DNA of 64,000 bases, taken from assembly GCA_010405405.1 (NCBI GenBank), contig MU004242.1, positions 345,751-409,750 of the forward strand, in the 5' to 3' direction. Below the pieces are notes generated by a model. It was not told the origin of the DNA. It made no database searches and saw only the letters and a program-made list of their open reading frames with translations. Positions 12,143 to 24,527 of this stretch are shown here, piece by piece; position 1 is the stretch's first letter; each line of letters begins with the position of its first letter. This DNA comes from Microthyrium microscopicum (Eukaryota). The position numbers and the translations under genes are program-made.

Positions 12143-13383
12143 TTCTAATACCTGTTCTGACCTGTTGAACGTGCAGTGGTGGTTTTAGGTGGTGGAGGGA
12201 GCATCATTGAAGGGCATGACCTAGAAAGAAGCAGCGACCAAAACCCCGGCCGAGGCTACTCTACATTTAAAGTCTTGCATCAACCTGACAGTCCAAATAT
12301 TATACATAACCGTGAAGAAAATAAAGCCTGGAGAGACAAAAGTAAAATAGCTTGTCTCTTAAGGTAATCCATCCTTTCAAGCTTTCAGGATGATTGGATA
12401 TGGGCTCGAAGTGCCAACGGCATGGCAAAATAAATGGCGTACTCCCATCAACTCTGATGGCTACCACCAGCGCTGCTAACCAAAAGGTGCTTTAATTCCC
12501 ATTGTATCTGATAAACATTCCTAATACTAACGCCCTCCATGGCAAATAAAGCACTCGATAACAGCCCGTAGCGTCTGGGTACCGTTAGAGTTAATGGGAG
12601 GACGCCATTTATTTTACCACGCCATTGAGTGCTTCCAAGGTTTAGGAACGGCCCTGCCAGTTCTGGAAGAGATGAAGAAAGAGGCTTCTTCAGTAGTCTC
12701 ATGAGTTATGCTACCATCAGGAATGAATGCATCAGCCTAAATCGTAAATCTGTTTTCTGACTTGGACTTCGAATCTTGTATGGAGAGTACTGTTTCCAAA
12801 ATCATATGCGACTTTTTCACCCATGCTTTTCCCGACTTTTCGGACTCCAAGAACTTAAGTAGAATACATGTGAGAGGATGCTTTTTTGATTTTACTCGGA
12901 TCAAGGAGTTCGTAGTTTCTGGATAAATTGTCCATTACTTGCCATACAACCTCGTGTATTTAGTAGGTGTTTCGTGGAGTCAAATTGATACCTACTCTTC
13001 AGAAATTGTGCTAATTCCACACCAGCGACATGATTGTCTCTCCTAAATTATCTATACTGTCGATAGGCCTCTTTGATGGTCTCTCAGGTATAAAGATGTT
13101 ATTCAATTGTAAGACCTCTCTAAATATCTTCTTCGGACTGCATAGCTTCGTAATTTTCAGAACCTGCAAATCTGTCGAAAGCATGATATGAAGACTGTCG
13201 TTGTATATTTGTTAAGGTACAAGGTTTGCTGATCTGCAAGACTGCAACGACCCAATCTGCTGTGGATTTAGGCTTGATAGTTCATGCATTAGACGCACTG
13301 AGAATGAAGTGCTCGAATTATTGAGAAAGAGAACTTCGTAGCATTTATGCGAACCACCTGGCACCAGTAGTGTCATAATGTGA

Positions 13384-14180
13384 CAGTGTTTCGAGCCGGA
13401 TGGTCAACTCGAGTCGACTCGAGTATATACTTGAGTTGACTCATACTCGGTAGGGCTGAGAAATGAGTAAATATTCGAGTCTTACTCGAGTACTAATTCA
13501 TAATTCTAATCATATGAAAATATTCATAGTTCTAATCATATAACAACATTCATTTCCTCCTAGATATTCTATATAGTGAGTGTATTCTTAACGTTTTGAC
13601 AAGGTTTTGACAGAAACATAAGCGAAAATTTTAACAGATGAGCCTCTGTAGATCCGGAAATGACTCCGAACTAACGTGCTTAGAAGTAAATTGATGTAAC
13701 CTATCAGCTATCGCCACTGAGTTACGCAGAAGCAAGTAGTACGGACGTCATCCCAAGATCCAGGTCTGATACAACCCGTATAAGTTGCGGACTCGGCTCA
13801 CTACTTCACCGACCCGCTGCGGCGGCGCTGCCCAACTTTCTCAGATTTCGGACCTCAAATTTCAGATTTCGGATTAGCTGTTTTATGATTCCATAACGCT
13901 TATCTGTTAAGTCATGTACGCAATAATTTGTAACATCAGGGCACTTGTTGAAGGCTACGGAGTATTCAGTGTGTCGCCGGTCGGTGAGCATTATGCGCCT
14001 CGGCATCTAAGATATCGTACCTGACTTCTATATCTGCCGTTATCATCAGCATGGGATTGATGGATTCCCCATATATGATGTGGAGCTGCTTAAGCGATTG
14101 TCTTGAACGCGTCGCAGCAGCTAACGCATTTGTTGAGCGCGCCAAATCCCAAAAGGTTGGTTGATCGACGCCGCATGCGA
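13384..14180 (-). mobile_element. Probable degenerate DNA transposon (hAT-like) end and transposase C-terminal relic
   Basis: CAGTGTT start, clustered ACTCGAG repeats, a 28-bp near-palindrome (13413-13440) and an AT-rich 26-nt direct repeat. Frameshifted minus-strand peptide QPTFW...LKQL...PMLMITADIE.R...RIMLTDRRH resembles the hAT dimerisation domain. Confidence 0.4.
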
Positions 14181-14519
14181 CTCCGATGCATGTCGATCGC
14201 TCCACAACTTTGGGATAGATCTGTTTATTCGCGATTTGTAGCAACACTGCAGCAGATGCCGAAGCGCGATGTACCCATTCCGTCCCGCTTCCTTGGCTCT
14301 ACCCTTTTATTGTGCTTACTGGATTGTACGTGTTGTGTGTCTCGAGGCTCACCTTGCAGAAAGGTCCCCTTCCAGCTCTTTAGTGGACAGACGGCGTGGC
14401 GGCATGCTGCCATCTGAGGATGACGTTGTGTTGCCAACCTCTTCAAGCATCGTCTTATCAATGCGCTCTTTAAGCTCCGGGTCCGCTACTGTTATACAGT
14501 CACGGTCTCGTTCAGAAAG

Positions 14520-16544
14520 ATGCATTTTGTTTCTGCTTGTGTCTGCGCCGCACTGTTCATTTTGACGGGTGCTCAAAGCAAGCCTGCCACACGTCTGAGG
14601 CATCAGAAGCGGCAGAATGCAGGCACCTACGATTACATTATAGTTGGGGGCGGCACTGCTGGGTTGGCTTTGGCAGCGCGATTGTCGGAAGATGGAAACC
14701 AGACCGTCCTAGTACTCGAAGCAGGAGGTTCGCCGACAGCAGTCGCCTCCTACAAGACTCCCGGCGCTGATCTGCAAGTCCTGGGCTCTCCTATCGATTG
14801 GGCTTTTACCACCCTACCACAGTCGACGTTGAACAATCGTCAGCTCACGTACAATCGAGGGAGATGTTTGGGCGGCAGTTCGGCTATCAACGGTATGACT
14901 TACGGAAGAGGCTCTTCGAGTGTTTACAATTTGTGGGAGTCCTTGGGGAATACTGGATGGAGTTGGAATGATGTATTTCCTTACTTCAAGAAGGTAAGTG
15001 GTTGTGTGTGACGATGAGCGATGGGCGATAAGTGATTGACATCAATAGTCGACCACTTTCCACAATCAAGCAGAAACGAACGTAACTGGACAAGGCGTTG
15101 AGGCTTCACTGTATTCGAATGGTCCAGTGCAAATTGGCTACCCCCCTTACGTTTATGCCACTCCCGGAAGTGAGGCATTTGTTGAGTCCCTGGCTGCTAT
15201 TGGGGTACCTGTGTAAGCCATGCGCTCGCTGCGATCATATTTATCCTGAAACTGAGTGGCTAACGCATAGCAACAGAGTTGAAGAGCTCAACAATGGCAC
15301 TAATATCGGAGCAAAGCAGGAAATGCTGACTATAGATTCACTATTCCACCGCAGCTCCAGTTACGACAACTACTATATGCAAGCCCAAAATCGGCCCAAT
15401 CTCAAAGTACTGCCTTTTTCTCCCGTTAAAAGGCTTATTCTTACGGAAAGCTCCAAAGGAGTGATTGCAACTAGTGTTGTATATGTAGACTATACAAGCG
15501 GGGAAACATTAAATGCTACAGCTAAGGAGGTGATTTTAAGTGCCGGATCATTTCAGACTCCACAACTGCTCATGTTGTCCGTAAGTTTGCCCACTATCAG
15601 CTTGTGCAATTCGGCGATCGTGCTAACCAGCCTAGGGTATTGGGCCTACAGAGACACTAAAGAAAAACGGTATCAAGCAGTATGTTGCGAATGAGAACGT
15701 CGGGCAGAAGTAGGACTTGTCGCCACCTCACTTAATAGGCCGCTAATATTTCTGAAGCCTGCAAGATCATACTTATTTCAGCATATACCTTGAAGCAGAT
15801 CCAGCAGTATCCTACTCTTCCCTTTATAATGACTATTCCAAACTTCAAGAAGCGACGGCAGAATATCAGTCATCACAGGGTCCACTCACTGCGCCTATTG
15901 GCTTGTCGTTCGGATTCGAGAAGATATCTGCAGATACGCTTACTGAGATCGGGGCAGCCGCATTGGCGCAGAATCGTTCAGATCAGGCACACATTGAGTA
16001 CTACTACGAAACAGAGTTTTATCCGAATTATCCTACACCACAATACTCGCCGATGGAGTACAACACGTCTTATATCAGCTTAACTGCGGGATTACTCGCT
16101 CCTATGTCGAGAGGCAGTATATCCGTCAAGTCCAACAGCAATGCGGATCCTCCCCAGATTGATCTCAACTATTACAGTACCCCCGAAGACCAGGCAGTCG
16201 CTATCTATGCCTTCAGGAACTTGCGTAAGATTCTCGACAAATTCTCCACGTTCAATTATACGTACGACGAAGTGGCACCGGGACCGACCGTGCAGTCTGA
16301 TGCGGACATCCTTGAGTATGTCCGCAGTACCGCAGTAACTGTATGGCATGCATCGGGAACGTGTGCCATGCTGCCGCAAGACAAGGGAGGAGTCGTCAAC
16401 GACAAGCTGCAAGTTTATGGCGTTGATGGATTGAGGATTGTTGACACCAGTGTTTTTCCCATCATACCTGATCAGCACACGCAGGGTCCGACGTATATGC
16501 TTGCGGAGAAAGCAGCTGCCATTATCTTAGGGACGGATCGGTGA
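14520..16544 (+). CDS. Secreted GMC oxidoreductase (CAZy AA3_2, glucose/aryl-alcohol oxidase or dehydrogenase-like), multi-exon
   Basis: Signal peptide; YDYIIVGGGTAGL FAD-binding motif; RGRCLGGSSAING; KEVILSAGSFQTPQLLMLS; WHASGTCAM and PDQHTQ (His/His pair); VYGVDGLRIVDTSVFP. Confidence 0.93.
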
Positions 16545-17353
16545 ACAGGGTTGATGAGCGGCGAGTTCACTATCGTGGGTCAAGTACAGAAACTGTTATC
16601 AAAGAAATACCAATGTTGTGGGAGTCCGAGGGTCTAATATAGGGTCTGAGGAACTAATATACTGTAGCCAGACCTTTCCAGGCTGGTGAGTCTGAGGGTT
16701 TAATTATTCAAGATTATGCTCCCCAACCCAGATGGGTTCAGATGCGTAACATTAAGCATAGACGAATATCGTGTTCTTTCTATGCCTTATGCACAACATT
16801 AGTATTCGGAGAGAAAATGCTTCCCATCCGAATATAATGCTGTTGGTTTCGAAACATGTAGCCTGCCTATAGTATTGATTAGAACAATTGCCAGATCTAC
16901 AAACCTCCTTGATTGTCGTTATACCAGTAATTGAGTAGTGCTGATATATGGTATCATATAGGTAAGAGATAGAACCTTTGATCGGATAAACACACTAGCC
17001 AGACGTGAAGTGACAGATCAACCTCGAGATAATAAGTGAACGGCTCCATGCTCTGCCTCTCCATCTGATACCCGTGATTTAGTGCCGTGATTCATTGAAT
17101 ATACTCTTCGCTACGACCCAAGCTTTACTTAATGGTACATATCAGCGCTGATAGCAGAGCTCTTGGTCTCATAATAAGCAGTGCTGTCTCAGATTCTAGT
17201 GGTCGGTAATATGGTCGTCGATCGTCTTCGCAGACGTGTATGATATGCCATCTACCTGTGTCTCAATATGTACAACTTCATCCTCTTACATGCGAGCCAT
17301 ATATGTGCCTGTATTTTTGCTTTTGATGTCCAACCCTCCAATAGTTACTATAT

Positions 17354-18662
17354 TCAAATCTCCTCAGCATCGCCCAACATCTTGCCCATTGCTTGCTGTG
17401 CCAGTTCCACACCCAAGAACGTTGCAGCATTGGCCGGTATGGCACGCGCAATAGCCGGTGTAAATCCTGGGAAGAAAGCCTACAGTCATTAGTTCTCAAC
17501 CCTCAACAATAGCGAACTTGAAGAAACTGACCTTTACTCCGCCCTTGCTATACAACTCCCTCACCACACCACCAAGCGTCGGACTTCCAGCAGCACTCTG
17601 CAGCCTACTCTTAACCGTATCTACCGGGAACACCGGAATCCACATAGCAACACCCGCCGCCGCACCAGCCATCATAACCGCCGGCAAACTCAACTTGCCC
17701 ACCTTACCATGCTTATCCTTCGGGCTTAACCTGGCCTTAATAATCTCATACGTAGCAAAGTATGCCGCGCTGCCTGGTCCATCTCTTGCCAATGTCATAA
17801 ATGTGCCCCGATATACACTCCTTATGCCGCCCGCCTTGTATAGTTGGCGCGCACAGTCGAGACTGCCGGCGTATTTTGGTTTCTCGCCGGGTTTAGTGTT
17901 TTGCCCTTGGATTTGCAGGAGGACTTTAACGCGTTCCATGGGTGCGGTGACGGCGGTCATGGGGATGGCGCTGAAGAAGCCGGCGGCGGCCACTTGGGCG
18001 GGGGTGAAGCCGGTGGAGGGGACGTCGGAGAAGCGTTGGACGAGGGATTTGCCTACGTCGTAGCCCCAGAAGGAGATGGCGACTATGGTAAGTTAGTCTA
18101 TATAGCTAGAGTTGGAGGGAGAGGGACGGACACATGGGGGTGACGCCGTATAGTGGTGCTGTGACGCCTGCGTATAGACCCTATATTACCCATCGTCAGT
18201 CCTTGTCAGTTCCTTTTTGGAAGTTATAAAGCATACCGCAGCGCCGCGTTGGGCTATGATCTTCCTTACTACGTCCATCGCGCCATTGTATGTGCCCTTC
18301 TCCGCCGTCTGCAAATTGACCTTGACGAGATCGAAAGGATGGCCTGTGAGCACAGCGCAGATTCCACCAACTCCACCGGATGCAAATGCGCGTAAACTTT
18401 TGACGAGATCTGACGATGCTTCCTTGGTGCCTTCTGTGATGCTGTCTTTGACGTCGACCGCGACATTTTTGGCTTTCTCCTTGAGCTTGCCATCTTTTGC
18501 ATCGTCAACTACGTCGGCTGCTTTCTGCTTGAGCGTGGCTTCTTTTGCTTTGGCATCGTCGACTACATTGGCGGCTTTTTGCTTGAGCGTAGCTCCTTGT
18601 TCTTTGACATTGTCCACCGCATCGGCGGCTTTCTGCTTGAGCTTGCCTTCCTGGCTGCTCAT
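17354..18662 (-). CDS. CRC1: Mitochondrial carnitine/acylcarnitine carrier (MCF), multi-exon, with repetitive N-terminal extension
   Basis: Three MCF signatures (GHPFDLVKV, APMERVKVLLQIQ, FPVDTVKSRLQ), ARDGPGSAAYF, and a final exon RAIPANAATFLGVE typical of CRC1/acuH. Confidence 0.9.
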
Positions 18663-19682
18663 GGTGCGCGAGAGGGCGTTTCAGGGAGCGCTCGGCGCTT
18701 TTGGAGGAGATAAGGATGCTCGCGTGCGTCGAAAAATTAGGGGGAGCTACGATGGTGGTGGTGTTTAAATCACAGATCAATGCTTGGAGCGGGCGAAGTC
18801 GGAGAGCCGGTGGGGTGGCTGGTAATAGCTTTGAGATAAAGTAGCGGGAGTTCAATAGGTCAATTGGCCATCAATGTATGAGAAGAAAGCAAAGGAGATG
18901 TCAAGTTTGTAATATATACGATAACAAACATGCCAGAGCGAAGATAATGGTTGGTGTTGAGTCCCCCTGGCATAAAATCGCAGTTCGGGAGAGTCCAGCC
19001 GCAAAACCGAGGCAGAGCTCTCATCGAGCTTGCAAACGGGAATGCAAGGCTGCGTCTTGACTTTTGAGCCCTTGGACTTTTTTTTTGTTCCAGCCTTCTC
19101 ACCTGCTAGACAAATCTTCATTTGTACTTGTTCAAAGGCCGAGGCTGCTCGCTATCTCGATTGATCATAGTCGCCTGCACGTCATGTTGTTGACGAGTTT
19201 GACAGCTGAATCTCAAGTACCACGCTGATGCCATCGCATTAGAATCAGTCAGGTATTGGATGAATGAGTATGAGACAGGTGCTCCAATGGATACTTTTGG
19301 TATCAAAAACGAATATTAGTCAATAGCTGATCAGAGACGATGGCCATTATCGAAGATGATGGGAGACAGCGCAGTTTGTGGGAGATATCGTTTTTACAGC
19401 ATCATTCGATCTAGAGATCCCAGACCTCATATTGCATGGCCATGCGCTCGTGAAAGATCTCTTCACTCATCACAGCAAAGAAATCCTCGTCAACTGCCTG
19501 ATCTTCTTCCTCCATATCCTCCATCATGGACCAAGCATCGTCCTCAGCGCTTTCGCGAATCCCTTCAATACGAACCGCAAGCTCTCGTGGCGACCAAGAT
19601 CTGGGTGGAACTATGAGATTCTAGAGGTCGTTAGCATCAAGCCTTGATTCTTGTGAGTTACCATCGCACTCTCTGGGAGCCA

Positions 19683-21615
19683 TCAGATGCGATGGCAGCC
19701 ATCAAGTACTATGTCAAAGGCACCTACCTGGAAAGCCTCTGGCTTGAGCTCTTCCGTAAGTTGGTTGAGAACGAAACCCTTGCCATTGAGGCGCATCATC
19801 AGAGCTTTTCCAGTTGTACAGGCCTTCTGATCGATCACTATCAGTAGAGTGCGTGGCTGGTCATTCAACTTCCATGTGTGAGTCTCCGCATGTTCCCGGG
19901 TGGCATGGTTTCGGTGTCTTGCAGGACACAGAGCCATCCACGACGAATGGCTATGAAGCGCGTCCTGGAAATTGACAACGTCGGCCAGTGCTTCTATGAT
20001 GAATCGAGAAGGTTCAGCCATGCCTTTGATGTACTTTTTGCTGCGAGTCTCGCGCGTAGTAGCTTCAAATCTAGACGCATCATCCAGAAGTGTTGCTTCT
20101 TCAATGGAGTCCCAGATCGAGAATTCCTGAATTCTTTTGTAGAGCTTTTGACAGAGCGTATTCGATATTATGGTCGATGCTGGAGTTCCATCTCCATACC
20201 AGGTACGCACAACTCGAATGTTCCAGTGTGCTGAGTTCATATTCTGGTTTCGAGTAGTGACAAGATCACGAGGGACCCATGATATCGGCTTTTGCTCGCC
20301 ATTTCGACGCTGCTCCCAGAAGAATCGAGCACGGGCATGATAGCCAGAGGTAATCCAGGTCTTTAGGACATACAATCTGAACGCGTCACAGAATTTACCG
20401 AGAATGAGCTGGCCAGTTGAGCTCTCTAAAGCCTCCAAGAATGAGCTAGAAGCCGTAATGAGGCATTGAAGTGCAAGTCGTGATGCTGGGGTTGGATCCG
20501 CAAGTAAAGCCTCCAGAATCAAGAGCTTGATTTCTAAAGGCAAAGAATCGACGACGCTCTTCGTTGCGGAATATGTGTTCAGCAACACTCGCTCCGTCCG
20601 AATAATTGAGCAAAGAGGGCCAAGAATAGCGGCTGATTTGGCCTCCAAGAATGATTGCTGTCTGATAGTCAGCATATTCATTCATAAAAGCTGCACACCA
20701 GTTTGACCGCTCAAGTACTGAATTCCCATCGCCTCCGATGGGCACCATCCAATCTTTAAAATTACGCATTTCATGTCTGCCATCGAAGCTGTAAATCATC
20801 GCAGGCGATAATGCCCAGCGTGATCGATAAAATGCTCGATTTTTAACGTCTCCGGTGGCAGCCATCGCATGCGTTCTTTTTGAAGAGTCGATGGCACCCA
20901 TCAGAGGCGATGGGAGTACACTAGGAAGAAACGTACCTTGAGGAAGTGATCGAATGGCAGATATCCGAACATGTGAAGAGGCAATGAACGCAGTTTGGGG
21001 TCATTTCCATGAGTCCACGAACGCAGATTGCGCAAGACTGAGCGAATGTTGCTGTCGCACAGCAAGCCGCGATTTTCAAGTTCCAAACGTTCGTACTCTG
21101 CATCGCATACATCAGCTCCAGATTCTGATTCGCAGCCCGAGTCGTAACACTCCGGCTCGCAATCATGGTCTTCTTCCTCCAGGAGGGCCTGTTCGGTATC
21201 TTGCCTCAGCCAAGGGTGTGTTCGAAGACAGTAACCGCGTTTGGTACCACAGTTGGCATGTGGATGCTCACTAAAGCGTGTCAGTACACGCTCCAATATT
21301 TTCGCAACATAATACCCACACCAAATGGTCGACGGGACAAACCGTGTGATCGAGGACTAGCGAGGATCCAAGCACAAATCCATACTGACAGAGCCCTTGC
21401 TGGTAATAGGGATCTACGGGGTGATGCTCGCCACAGCTGTGACAGTGAGGATATCGATTTGGAACCTTGTACTTGACGATTGGCGCTTTTGGCGGCTTGC
21501 CTGCAGCTGTAACAAAGCCGTATGTAGCAAGCGAAGTTTGTAGAAGATGGGGAATTAGTGAAGGCATATCGGAATCGCTGTCGGAGCAGCTCTCCCATGG
21601 ATCAGCGAGGGCCAT
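19683..21615 (-). CDS. Hypothetical multi-exon protein, Cys/His-rich N-terminus and internal F-box-like motif
   Basis: Four consecutive minus-strand ORFs separated by GT..CTGAC..AG segments. SLPLEIKLLILEALL is F-box-like. Confidence 0.55.
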
Positions 21616-22525
21616 GTCGGGAGTTGAGGTTGTCAGAGGAGAAGAAGCAGAGTTGAAGTTGGAAGGTTGTGGAGTTGTGGAGACGGGAGCCTAAACCGTG
21701 TGTGTTTTCTGGTCCCTGCGTATGGCAAGTACGATCCATCTTCGAGGAAGGAGCAATGGATGATTAATCGAGATATGGAAGGCGCCGGTCTTGAAAGCGG
21801 AAGGAACGCTGGCTCGCACTATTTCGAAGATTCGACGTCAACTTGGCATTTTATCTTCTGATCGTACTGACCCGGAAATGCTAGCCTCGAGATAGCAAAG
21901 AATGTAATCAAAAGAAACACAAAGTAGATTGTGTTGAAAGTGAAAGGTTAAAAGCTGATATCGCCCTAACGAAGGTGTTTGAGGTAATGGAAGTCAACCG
22001 CATGACAAAATAACAGGCCTTCTCCCATCAACTTCGCTGGCTCCCACGAACGCTTTAACTTAAGAGGTGTTATACTTGCCATCGCATTCAACAAAATATC
22101 CCAAGTTGGGACGCCATATATGATAAATAAAGTACTCGATACTAAAGCGTGTTGTGTAGGAGTTACCGAAGTCGATGGGGGCACGCCATTGATTTTGTCT
22201 ATCGATTGGAAATCTTCCCAAAGATGTAGGCGATGATGCTTGATAGGCTTTCAATAATTCTGTTCTGGGCAAAGAGTTAGAAGGATATAGCAACGACGTG
22301 TTACCATTTCATAGAATCTAATACTCTTTACTTACATGCTTGAAAAAAGCGTATCGGTATTGGGTATTGGGCATAGGTTCAGTGACAGAAGCTTGAAAAA
22401 ACCATAAATTTTTTGAAATGATGATTGAATTTTGTACTAACTATTGAACTTATACATAATATCTTCCCCAATGCAAAATGATCATAATCATAACCGTAAA
22501 GCGTTTAGATACATTGGACAATGCT

Positions 22526-23485
22526 TCACTTCATGAAACCCTTCTTTCCATCACCATCAGCATCCTTCATTGGATTGAGTTTGTCCAACAACGAAGGTTT
22601 GCCAACCTGGGTGCCGGAGTGAGTGTCAGAGTGAGTGTTTGATCCTACACCTGCACCAGTACCAGATTGGTTGAGAGAGTTGTCGTGTGCGTGGCTGCCG
22701 TGTTGGCCGTTTCCAACATTATGCATAGCAGAGCCAACGGATTTGTTGATATCCTTTGGCTCGCCAGCGAAGTGATCATGCTTGACCTCACGACCAGTCA
22801 AGCTTCCGCCTTGCTTCTGGAAGTCGGCCATGTTGATAGGCTCGAGAGTGGAAGCAGTGTGGTGCTGGGCTGCGTTGTGGTGTACCTCGTGGATCGGAAC
22901 GGTAGTATGGACTACGTGAGGCTCGATTGTCTGTTTATGGACGACGGGCTGAATGTTCTCGTGCACGTGATGATGAATATGCTCTCCGCTTACGGCTGAG
23001 CCAGTTCCCTGAGTGTGGTGTGTCTCTGGCGCGCGGGTGGATGTGTTTTGAAATTTGGCCTTTTCGTTTTCAAGGTGCTGCTTGGTCTGAGAGTGATCTC
23101 TATGGTCATGTTCGCGGTGGACGACTAATTATCAGTCAGTATGAAGTTACTTGAGTGGAAACCAACTGCTTTGGCATTGAAAAGTGAAATTTACCCGGTG
23201 TTGCTTTGTGGTGATGCTGCTCGGGAAGTACTTCCGAATGTTGCACAGGTTGAACTGAGGTATGGTAATGGTCTTGGTGCACTTCATTGTCTCGAGCAAC
23301 GTGCTTTTCCTCGCGGCGATGCTCATTTACGGTTTCATTTTGTACGCTTGGAGCTACTGTCTCGTGGACTGTGGTGTCTAAGGCTGCATTAGAGACCATG
23401 GTAACTTTAAATGATACTGAAGTTACAAACCGTGATGTCCAGCCTTGGACATAAATCCGCTGATGGTTTCCTTTGCCTTATTCAT
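22526..23485 (-). CDS. Conserved His-rich hydrophilic fungal protein (often annotated 'allergen'/stress protein), multi-exon
   Basis: MNKAKETISGFMSKAGHH|DTTVHETVAP.V..E...HQDHYHTSVQP...HENIQPVVHKQTIEPHVVHTTVPIHEVHH...SLLDKLNPMKDADGDGKKGFMK. Confidence 0.8.
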
Positions 23486-24527
23486 ATTGACTTGGAAGGA
23501 TATTGAATGTAATAATTGAAAATATGTTTGGATAGTCGATTATTCGAATTGTGAAGCTTTGTGTATAGAGATGAGTGAATTAAACGTCTAGAATGTGATA
23601 CTTTACAGATCTTATAAGCTACCGCCGGCCATTTGATTCCACAGAAAGTGTACGTAGGCAATTCCAAATGGCATCACAATTGTCTATCATCCTATGCCTT
23701 CCTATCCGACCGTCTGACAATATCCGGGCACATCTTGAAACTAATGCTCGTTGAACCCTACTTTTTTCAGAAGGAAAACATGGCAGAGCGAACCTCACTG
23801 GATGATCCAACAGCATCTACGTCATTTGACATGCGTATATTCGAATATTTCAGTCTAGAAGTGTAAGATCAGATCTCAAAAGTAATAATATGTGTGGATA
23901 AAAACATGCTCTGAAGACGATGATCCCAATCGCGCTCGCGGCCACTAAATCGATGACCCGCAAGCATCGTCATGCTTGCATTTTGGCGCTTGTGGCGTTG
24001 ACACATCCACCGATCGAGCTATATCCAGCCAATCATGGAACTGATTAATACATGTCATTACTATGGACGTGTTCGGACGCGTTTAAGGGCTGCCACAGTG
24101 CCAAATAATGACATCAATCTTTGTAGCTACCGTCGTGAAATTCTGGGCCTGATCGAGACCGTTGTCGATCGACCATCCTCGGACCCGGATTATGGGATTC
24201 TGCCTCTGGAGCGGTCCAGATGATCCATTCTTATGCCTGAAAGAGTTAAAACAAAACATTTTCTATGGAACATGCGGGATTTTTGGTAAGTTCAAAGCCC
24301 ATCCACATACGGATACGGTACATGAATGCCTGTCGGAAGCTCCGAATCTATCGACGTCGCCTCATACCCCCTAACTCTCTCTATCGTGAACCACACGCAT
24401 TCCAGCGTCTGCTTGGGGGACTACTGTCATTGCCGCTCTTCCATTATCTCAAGGCAAATCACATATCATACAACAAGCTTCAGTCGTGTCTTTTGTTGTA
24501 GGTGTTTACACTCCTACCTTAAACACT

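Noticed and set aside
12400..13380. Possible degenerate coding or transposon sequence
   Set aside because: Stops in all frames and no family motif I could identify.
13384..13560. Repeat cluster as a CRISPR array
   Set aside because: Eukaryotic context; no regular repeat-spacer periodicity.
11065..18662. Reductase + GMC oxidoreductase + carrier as a secondary metabolite cluster
   Set aside because: No backbone enzyme (PKS, NRPS, terpene cyclase); the flanking genes are housekeeping.
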